A program made the position numbers and the translations under genes. Below are positions 8,898-16,900 of a stretch of 34,806 nucleotides of DNA, one piece after another. How positions within the stretch are numbered: position 1 is the first letter of the stretch; every line of letters starts with the position of its first letter. The notes under the pieces are model-generated. The model saw only the letters and a list, made by a program, of their open reading frames with translations, made no database searches and was not told the origin of the DNA. The stretch is from Patescibacteria group bacterium (GTDB lineage Bacteria; Patescibacteriota; Minisyncoccia; Phycocordibacterales; UBA1539), in the NCBI GenBank assembly GCA_036985875.1, contig BTQM01000003.1, positions 1 to 34,806 on the forward strand. Direction: 5' to 3'.

Positions 8898-9491
8898 ATG
8901 AATTTCTTTCTCAATGTTGTCTTGCCGTGGTTGCCGGTGGTATTTTTTGCCGGTATTTTTTTGTATGTGGCCGTCCGCTACCTCTGGTATCCTAGGCGCA
9001 TCAGATATGTGCCGCTTATTGCCGGTGTCGTATCTTTCCGTATTTTTTACGCTATCTTTCTTTCTGGTACCCAATACTATGTGTGGCTACAGAATGAATT
9101 TACGAAACTTCTCCTGCCTCCGTATCAGCCGATCTCGTACTTCCTGTTCTATTCGTGGGGAAGGTTTTGGTTGAATGCAATGATAATACTTGGTGTGTCG
9201 CTTGTGTTCTGGCTTTTCCTGCGTTCGCTTGCGGTGTGGAAGAAAGATTCTTTTCGGAAGAGTGAGGCGGGACTGGGGCTCCTTATGGCGCTTATTGTTG
9301 GATGGCCTCATGTGGTCATATTCGTGCCCCTCTCTTTTGTTCTTGCGGCTATTATCTCTCTTGCCCGCCTTATCTTTTTTGGAAAAAGCTCCGTCACACT
9401 TGGTACCTCGTTTCTTCTTGCGGCGCTCATTCTTTTTGTGTGGGGAGACGGACTCATAGAATTGTTCAATCTGGGGGTTTTGAGGATATAA
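8898..9491 (+). CDS. Polytopic membrane protein resembling the prepilin peptidase (A24) membrane domain, degenerate
   Basis: 5-6 TMs; SEAGLGLLMALIVGW and VTLGTSFLLAA echo GDxKL...LGW and IPFGPFL; sits between pilins and pilB. Confidence 0.5.
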   Translation: MNFFLNVVLPWLPVVFFAGIFLYVAVRYLWYPRRIRYVPLIAGVVSFRIFYAIFLSGTQYYVWLQNEFTKLLLPPYQPISYFLFYSWGRFWLNAMIILGVSLVFWLFLRSLAVWKKDSFRKSEAGLGLLMALIVGWPHVVIFVPLSFVLAAIISLARLIFFGKSSVTLGTSFLLAALILFVWGDGLIELFNLGVLRI

Positions 9492-9492
9492 T

Positions 9493-9566
9493 CCACAACT
9501 TATAACGTAGAGCTTCGCCCCCGGCGAAGCTCTCTCGGGTTACACGTTACAAGTTATAAGTTATAA
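9493..9566. repeat. Heptamer inverted array element (copy 3)
   Basis: CCACAAC TTATAAC, hairpin AGAGCTTCGCC-CCC-GGCGAAGCTCT, GTTACAC GTTACAA GTTATAA GTTATAA, then pilB ATG. Confidence 0.85.
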
Positions 9567-9567
9567 T

Positions 9568-11286
9568 ATGCTTATGCATATAACTTCCGAAAGATTTCAA
9601 AAGATATTGCTTGATTCTGACATGGTGGATGAGCAAACATTCGCTGATGTACAAAAAGAGGCGCAGCGCTTGAGCCAAACGGTGGAGGACGTTTTGGTGG
9701 GGAGGAAAATAATCACCGAGAAATATTTGGCGGAACTTTTGGGGCCGTACTTTGATGTGCCGTTCGTAGACTTGGGGCATGAGAAAGTTCCTCACGACAC
9801 ACTAGAGCTTGTTTCCGAATCTTACGCTAAGTCTCATCGACTCGTGGTGTTCAAATGGGACGAGAGGAAGAGGATCGCGCATGTAGCGATGTATGACCCC
9901 TTAGACATGGAGACGATAGAGTTTCTGCGTGCCAAGCTCCGCGCATGGGTGGAGCCGTATCTTACGACCGATACAAGTCTCCGATTCGTTCTGCGGCAAT
10001 ACAAGCGCGAGATCGGAAAAGAGTTTAGTGAAATTATTTCAGAGAACGTTAAGAAATCCCTGACGCTTACAGGAGAACCGAACCTTGCAAAAGTTGCCGC
10101 GGCAGTGCCCATCATCACCATTCTGGACAGTATTTTTGAGCACGCAGCCGCTCTAAACGCCTCCGACATTCATTTTGAGCCGATGGAAAAAGAAGTTTTG
10201 ATCAGATACCGAATTGACGGGATATTGCACGAGATGCTTTCTCTCCCGAAAGCTATCGCCCCTATTTTGGTGGCGCGGATAAAAATCCTTGCCAATCTTC
10301 AGATAGACGAGCATCGCATCCCACAAGATGGCCGCTTTAGGTTTGAACTGCCCGATGGCGGCAAGATTGACGTTCGAGTCAACGTTATGCCGGTATTCCA
10401 CGGAGAGAAGGTGGAGGCGCGGCTTTTGAAAAGCGCCGCCCGCCCGCTTTCTTTAAGAGAACTGGGTCTCTCAAAAGACAGCGTCAAGATCATGATGTCG
10501 GAGATCAAAAAGCCGCACGGTATGATATTGGCCACGGGCCCCACGGGGCATGGAAAAACCACGACGCTCTATGCCATATTGCATATATTGAATCGTCCGG
10601 AGGTAAACATCACCACCATCGAAGATCCCATTGAATATCAAATTTCCCGCATTAATCAAACGCAAGTGAATGTGAAAGCGGGTATCACTTTTGCAAACGG
10701 ATTGAGGTCACTCTTGAGGCAGAACCCCGATATAATGATGATCGGGGAAATAAGAGACGCGGAAACGGTAGACATTGCGATCCATTCGGCCTTGACGGGG
10801 CACCTAGTGCTCTCGTCGCTCCACACCAATGATGCTCCCTCTGCCTTGCCGCGGCTTTTGGATATGGGAGCTCCCGCTTTCCTGCTTTCTTCCACGGTCA
10901 ATGTTGTGATCGCCCAGCGCCTTGTCCGCCGCATTTGCAACGCCTGCATTGAGTCGTATCGGATATCTCCAGAGATACAGCGGCTCATTAAAGCGCAGAT
11001 AAAGCTTGTTGGTGATGAACATATCAAAACGATTCCCACTACGCTTTTCAGAGGAAAGGGCTGTAAGATTTGTGGAGAGAGTGGTTTTTCCGGACAGATA
11101 GGCATTTTTGAGATATTGGAAGTGACGGACAAGATCAAGACGCTTGTTTTACGCCAGGCCACCGCTGGTGAGATCAGGAAAGTGGCTGTGGGCGAGGGGA
11201 TGCATACAATGTTTGAAGATGGTTTGCAAAAAGTGCAGCAAGGCATTACCACCATTGAAGAAGTCCTGCGGGTGGTAAGGGAGTGA
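9568..11286 (+). CDS. pilB: Type IV pilus assembly ATPase PilB/GspE
   Basis: ASDIHFEP, PQDGRF, Walker A GPTGHGKTT, TIEDPIEY, LRQNPDIMMIGEIRD, TGHLVLSSLHTN, tetra-Cys RICNAC/GCKIC. Confidence 0.96.
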   Translation: MLMHITSERFQKILLDSDMVDEQTFADVQKEAQRLSQTVEDVLVGRKIITEKYLAELLGPYFDVPFVDLGHEKVPHDTLELVSESYAKSHRLVVFKWDERKRIAHVAMYDPLDMETIEFLRAKLRAWVEPYLTTDTSLRFVLRQYKREIGKEFSEIISENVKKSLTLTGEPNLAKVAAAVPIITILDSIFEHAAALNASDIHFEPMEKEVLIRYRIDGILHEMLSLPKAIAPILVARIKILANLQIDEHRIPQDGRFRFELPDGGKIDVRVNVMPVFHGEKVEARLLKSAARPLSLRELGLSKDSVKIMMSEIKKPHGMILATGPTGHGKTTTLYAILHILNRPEVNITTIEDPIEYQISRINQTQVNVKAGITFANGLRSLLRQNPDIMMIGEIRDAETVDIAIHSALTGHLVLSSLHTNDAPSALPRLLDMGAPAFLLSSTVNVVIAQRLVRRICNACIESYRISPEIQRLIKAQIKLVGDEHIKTIPTTLFRGKGCKICGESGFSGQIGIFEILEVTDKIKTLVLRQATAGEIRKVAVGEGMHTMFEDGLQKVQQGITTIEEVLRVVRE

Positions 11287-11288
11287 TC

Positions 11289-11360
11289 TTGTAACATACA
11301 GGTTGCAGAGGGTTATATATTATAAAGATTGAGTTACAAGTTATTGGTTATATGTTATTT
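11289..11360. repeat. Heptamer array element (copy 4, degenerate)
   Basis: TTGTAAC just after the pilB stop; GTTACAA GTTATTG GTTATAT GTTATTT overlapping the pilC start. Confidence 0.7.
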
Positions 11361-12560
11361 ATCTACGAAGCGACAGACAAGGATGGCGCTCTAGTCAGAG
11401 GGGAGCACCATGCCCGAAATAAAAGAGAAGTAGTGGAGCGTCTAAAGAAACAGGGATTCATCCCCGTTTCCGTGAAAGAAAAAGGGAAGCTGTATATTCA
11501 GAAGATAGGAGGAATTGGGGGGCGTGTCACGGCAATGGATAGAATAGCGCTTGTGCGCAATCTCGCGACAACTATCAAGGCGGGGGTTAGCATATTGGAG
11601 GCGGTGGAAATTTTGATCGCCGATACGCCCAAGGGGATCATGAGAAAAATTCTTGTAAGTGCCAGGGCGGGTTTGCAGAACGGACAGCCGCTCTCTTCGG
11701 TGTTTGAGGCGTACAAGAAGCATTTTCCACCCGTTTTTGTGGGTATGGTGCGTGCGGGCGAGGCGTCCGGGCAGTTGAGCAGGGTCTTGGATGAGTTGGC
11801 GCGCCACCTCGCGAAGGAGTACAATCTGGTCCGCAAGATGCGCTCGGCGCTAGCGTATCCGGTGATCTTGCTAGTGGGCTCAACTGCCGTTGTGGTGCTT
11901 CTTCTGGTATTCATACTGCCGCGTTTGGCAAAGACATTTGCGTCCGCAGGTACGGAACTTCCGGGTCTGACCGTTTTTTTGATAGGGGTTGGGAACGTGT
12001 TGAGCTACAGTCTCCTTCTTGATCTTTTTGTATTGGGAGTGGTCGTTTGGTTTTTTGTCTATGCCCGCAGAATGCCGTGGGGCAGCGCGCTTGTGAATGC
12101 GATAATGTTTCACTTGCCCATTGCTCGGGACTTGGTTAAAAAAATAGCTCTTGTGCGGTTTTCACGCACCTTCGGGAATATTATTGGAAGCGGCATCCCG
12201 ATTCTTGAGGCGTTGGAGCTCTCGGCTGAAGCGGTGGGGAATAATTATTACAAAACCGCTCTCCTGAAAACAAAAGAGGAAGTCAAGAACGGTGTTTCTT
12301 TTTCTGAAGCATTGCGAAAATATCCTCACCTCTTCCCGCGCATGTTTGTGAGTATGGTTGCCGTGGGGGAGAAAACGGGAACGCTTGAGAATATCTTTAA
12401 AAACTTCGCTGATTTTTATGAGGAGGGAGTGGACGCCACCTTGAAGGACTTGACAACGTTTTTGGAACCGCTCCTTTTGGCTTTAATGGGAGTGGTAATC
12501 GGTGTTATTGCCATTTCTGTTCTATTGCCGATTTATCAGCTAGTCGGAAGCCTTGTTTAA
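11352..12560 (+). CDS. pilC: Type IV pilus platform protein PilC/GspF
   Basis: GEASGQL, SALAYP, VGEKTGTLE, LEPLL...LLPIY. Confidence 0.96.
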   Translation: MLFIYEATDKDGALVRGEHHARNKREVVERLKKQGFIPVSVKEKGKLYIQKIGGIGGRVTAMDRIALVRNLATTIKAGVSILEAVEILIADTPKGIMRKILVSARAGLQNGQPLSSVFEAYKKHFPPVFVGMVRAGEASGQLSRVLDELARHLAKEYNLVRKMRSALAYPVILLVGSTAVVVLLLVFILPRLAKTFASAGTELPGLTVFLIGVGNVLSYSLLLDLFVLGVVVWFFVYARRMPWGSALVNAIMFHLPIARDLVKKIALVRFSRTFGNIIGSGIPILEALELSAEAVGNNYYKTALLKTKEEVKNGVSFSEALRKYPHLFPRMFVSMVAVGEKTGTLENIFKNFADFYEEGVDATLKDLTTFLEPLLLALMGVVIGVIAISVLLPIYQLVGSLV

Positions 12561-12574
12561 ATAAGTATCGCGTG

Positions 12575-12660
12575 GTTTGTCTTTTGCGGCAAAAGGCAAA
12601 CAAGAGAGTGCTCTACGCGTACCCGCCATAAGTAATTATGTTATCAGTTATAAGTTATAA
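12575..12660. repeat. Hairpin plus right-arm heptamers (copy 5)
   Basis: GTTTGTCTTTTGC-G-GCAAAAGGCAAAC; GTTATCA GTTATAA GTTATAA encoding the leader MLSVISYK. Confidence 0.7.
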
Positions 12661-13099
12661 GCGGGGCATTACTTTTTTGGAGATTCTTCTTGTGGTAGCG
12701 ATACTTTCCATCCTAGTTTCCATAGGAAGTGCTTCTTATCGGAATTACATAAAGAGCGTTGAACTTGACGGCGTGACGAAGGGCATTATTTTTGATCTTC
12801 GGCAAGCGCGCGCCAAAGCGATGAGCGGCGAAGAGAGGAGTCGTTGGGGGGTGCATCTTGTCAATGGCACCGATGACTATTACGAGTTGTTTCTCACGGA
12901 AAGCGATTACGCGAGCGCCACGGTGACGGCGACGACGTTTCTTTCCGGCGGGATAGCGTTTTCCACGCCCGGCGAGGGAGTCACAAAAGATGTCGTTTTT
13001 TTCAAGATAAGCGGCACCACTACGTCTGAGACTGTGGGGCTAACGTTTGAAGGGGAGACGAGAACGATTACCGTAACAAGCGAAGGCGTGGTGTATTAG
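12638..13099 (+). CDS. Minor pilin, FimU/GspH-like
   Basis: KRG|ITFLEILLVVAIL; DLRQARAKAM. Confidence 0.88.
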   Translation: MLSVISYKRGITFLEILLVVAILSILVSIGSASYRNYIKSVELDGVTKGIIFDLRQARAKAMSGEERSRWGVHLVNGTDDYYELFLTESDYASATVTATTFLSGGIAFSTPGEGVTKDVVFFKISGTTTSETVGLTFEGETRTITVTSEGVVY

Positions 13100-13101
13100 G
13101 A

Positions 13102-13216
13102 ATCTTGTAACATAGAACTTGTAACTTATGATACACAACCGACAACCAACAAAATTTATTTGCCGCGAGCCTGCCAATAGTCAGGCAGGTTATACGTTAC
13201 AAGCTACACGTTATAA
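13102..13216. repeat. Heptamer inverted array element (copy 6)
   Basis: TTGTAAC ATAGAAC TTGTAAC TTATGAT ACACAAC CGACAAC ... CCTGCC-AATAGTCA-GGCAGG ... GTTATAC GTTACAA GCTACAC GTTATAA. Confidence 0.88.
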
Positions 13217-13850
13217 GAGAAGCAGGGGTCAAATACTAGTTGAGACTTTGCTGGCAATCTTTATCGCGGCGCTTGTTGTGCCGCTTGTGGCGCAAATGTT
13301 GTTTACAGGCCTTGAAGGAAGCCGCATTGTCGGACAGCGTGATGGTGCATCGGAGCTTGGGCGGGAAGTGTTTGAAGCGGTAAAGAGCACCGCTTTTGAG
13401 AGATGGCTTGATGTGTACCGGCCGCCGGATGGCACCGGCGATCCTGTTACAAGCAAAGGCGTTTCCAATCACTACTACCCCTCCTTGCAAAACGGTAAAT
13501 GGACGATACTTTCGGGGGACGAGACGGTTGTGGTAGGCGACATTTCCTACACGCGCTACTTCACCATTGACAACGTAAGCCGCGATCCTGCGACTCGCGA
13601 CATTGAGTCTTCTTACACGCTCGCGAACGACGACCCGTCCACGCAAAAGATCACAGTGACGGTAAGCCGGGGGAATAACGAATCCCTCTCGTGGAGCGAA
13701 TACCTCCTGCGGTGGAGAAACAAGATTTGTTATCAGACCGACTGGAGCGGAACCGGCTCCGGCACCACCATCTGCCCCACCACTTTATATGAGAGCGAAA
13801 CCGACACAGATTTTTCCGTCTCCGGCAGTCTAAAAATCACTCCGCTTTAA
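13128..13850 (+). CDS. Minor pilin, PilV/GspI-like, with 34-aa repeat-encoded leader
   Basis: SRG|QILVETLLAIFIAA; YTRYFTI..V.RD and KITVTVS motifs. Confidence 0.85.
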   Translation: MIHNRQPTKFICREPANSQAGYTLQATRYKRSRGQILVETLLAIFIAALVVPLVAQMLFTGLEGSRIVGQRDGASELGREVFEAVKSTAFERWLDVYRPPDGTGDPVTSKGVSNHYYPSLQNGKWTILSGDETVVVGDISYTRYFTIDNVSRDPATRDIESSYTLANDDPSTQKITVTVSRGNNESLSWSEYLLRWRNKICYQTDWSGTGSGTTICPTTLYESETDTDFSVSGSLKITPL

Positions 13851-13995
13851 TTTGCTTTTTATCTTCAACACCCTTTGTTAAAGGATGTTGAACCCGTACA
13901 ATAATACATGAGGAGACAATATGCTAAAGCCTAAATAACCGCTACTTTCAGTACAAAGTGATCCTGAAAAACGATGATTAATTTATCTGAAAAAG

Positions 13996-16900
13996 ATGCC
14001 TAAATATCTACACAAAATATTTATATTTATAATTATCTCAGCCTGGGTATTTAGTGGATACCCTCAGATTTTTAATTTTCCGCCGGAAATTAAGGTGGCC
14101 GCAGCCGCAAGCACATTTAGAACTACCACCTATGAACTTGAAGGTACGGAATTTTCCGGAACCACTTACACCCTCACACTTAACAACAATCTTGCAGCCA
14201 ACTACTTTGCGATGATTGCCGGCGCAAACAGTCAAACAGCTTCTCGCGGGCCTGACGATGATGGTGTGCGCGTTACGGACGATCCTTTTGGTACGGGTTC
14301 ATTCCCCGGTTTGGTGAGCGCAAATCAGATCGAACTTACACGCTCTTCATCTGTCAATAATTGGATAGGATCGGTTACCATCGTTGAATGTTTGGGGGAT
14401 TGCACCACTTCCGGATTTGAATTAAGGGAGGTGAGGGAGGTGGTTTTTTCAGATGGAACAGCAAATACATTACAGACGGTAACTGACACCCTCGCGCAAG
14501 CTCACACATCCCAGACCGTTCCTTTTGGCGGTTTTTTCGGCGGAGGCATGCAGACAACCGGCACAGGATTAAGCAATAATGAGTATGCGGTTACGTTAGG
14601 CGTCCGTATTTACAAAAGTGGGGCTAACCAGATCACGCTTGAGCGTTATGGCGCTCAATCCAGAATCCCCCGAGCGGGTACCATAACCGTATATATTGTT
14701 GAATGGGGGAGTGGGTGGACCGTGCAGAATGTCAATGTAACGGGAACCAATTCAGGAAATGGAATTAACGCAACCGGAGAGTACAATACCGCTTCTATCA
14801 CATCGGTGACGAGAGCCAATACGTGGGTTTGGGCTGCCGGTCATGCAAGAGATGACGGTATCGGAGATGGCGCTTTTGGTCAGGTTGCCACACTTGGCGA
14901 CGGTGTTAGTCAAAATATTAACGAAACTTCCGTTGCGGTGGGAGCTGAAGGCGGACAGATAAGTCCGGGACGGGATTTTCAGGTTTATGTGATGAGTCAT
15001 CCCAGTTTGGCGGTGGATTACCGGTTTAAAGCAGACGGAAATACGGGAAGTTCTTCGGGGTATCAGGAATTAACGTTTGCCGTTGATAGCGCCAATGGTT
15101 CAGAGACTTATGACAACACATCAGGCACCGTTCGTTATACTGAAGGTTACCGAATCCCAATTATCTACACCTCTTCGGCCGGAGGTGGTCAGGCGTATTC
15201 TAGGCCGGTTTGGTCGCCTCGCATAAATGCAGACACGACTCTTCTTTATTGGCGGGCGTACGCGGGACAGCCATTCGCCGCTTGGGCGCAGATAGCTGAC
15301 TTCGCGAATATTACCTTTACCGCCGACGATGTCACCGTCAGCACCAGCGGCACCCAGACTGCCAGTCTAGATATCCCCAGCACGAACCAGTATGTGGGGG
15401 GCACTTTTGCGATCACAGAAAACACAAGTTCCAGAAATGTCACCGGCATCACCATTACGGAGAACGGCACGGTGAACGCTTCAACAAATCTTGACAACAT
15501 TAAACTGCAGTACGATCTTGATACTACAGCGCCCTACGACTGCGCCTCAGAGTCGTGGGCGTCCGGCGATAGCCAATTTGGCGCGACCGATACCGACGGG
15601 TTCAGCGCCGCCAATGGAACATCAGCTTTTACCGGCACGGCAGCGATCTCCACCACCCAGACGATGTGCGTCTATGCGGTGCTGGATGTTCTCTCCGGAG
15701 CCGCCAACAATGAAACGGTTGAGATTGAGATCAGTAATCCTTCAACAGAGGTAACCGTAAGCGCGGGTGCGGTGGGACCGGGTACGGCCGTTGCGCTTTC
15801 CGGGACAACTAATTTAAGTACTAATATCTCCCCTAACACCACACAGTCGTTTCAAGACGGAGTTTCACCCACCGGCAGCTATGCCGGAACAAGAGATACT
15901 TATATTCATGACAATCTGCCCACCACGAACAACGGCTCTGCGACCGAGATCCTCGTTGATGGTAGTGCGTTGGAGCAGTACGGAACCCTTCTCAAGTGGG
16001 ATATCACCGACATTCCCGCGGGGCAGATAGTTCAATCAGCCGTCATTACGCTCACCAGCTTTAATGCTACGAGTGACACCTACTCAGTATATGAAATGCT
16101 GCGCAATTGGGTGGAATCTGAAGCCACGTGGGAGATATATGCCACCGGCAGCAGTTGGCAAACAAACGGCGGAACGGGTGCGCTTGATAGCGGAACTACG
16201 GTCTTTGGCACGATCACCGGAGGAACCGGAGAGAGAACCATCACCTTGAACGCATCCGGAGTGGCTTTGGTTCAGGGATGGGTGAATAATCCGAGCTCTA
16301 ATTACGGGTTCTTTATTGAGAATTATCTTGCGACTGACGGCGCGGATTTTCGCTCCAGAGAATATGCCACCGCATCCTCGCGGCCTAAGCTTACCGTAAC
16401 GTACGGTTCTTCCAGTATCGTTGAGAGCAGAGTTTCCCAGTCAAGCGATGACGCCGAAGAGCAGAATCCTCCGAGCGGCAGTATGTATCTGACGAGTAGC
16501 GATCTTGAATTGATATCGGATGGGTCCACTGATCAGGAAGTCGGCATGCGGTTCCAGAATATAGTCGTACCCCAGGGAGCGATCATTACGAACGCCTATG
16601 TTCAGTTTACCGTTGACGAACTTGATTCGGGTACAACCAACCTTACCATTTACGGTGAGGATATTGATGTGGCGCCAACGTTCACGACAACCGCCGGCAA
16701 CATTACGAACAGGACGAAGACGAGCGCTTCGGTTGCGTGGAACAGTGTGCCGGCATGGACGACGGTTGGCGATGCGGGCACTGACCAACGGACGCCGGAT
16801 ATTACTTCCATTATTCAAGAAATCGTCAACAGGGTGGGGTGGGCAAGCGGCAATTCTCTCGTCGTTATCATTGACGGTACCGGAGAGAGAACCGCGGAAT

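Noticed and set aside
10528-10566. PilB Walker A variant GPTGHGKT as a sign of inactivity
   Set aside because: The position is variable in GxxGxGKT and all other catalytic motifs are intact
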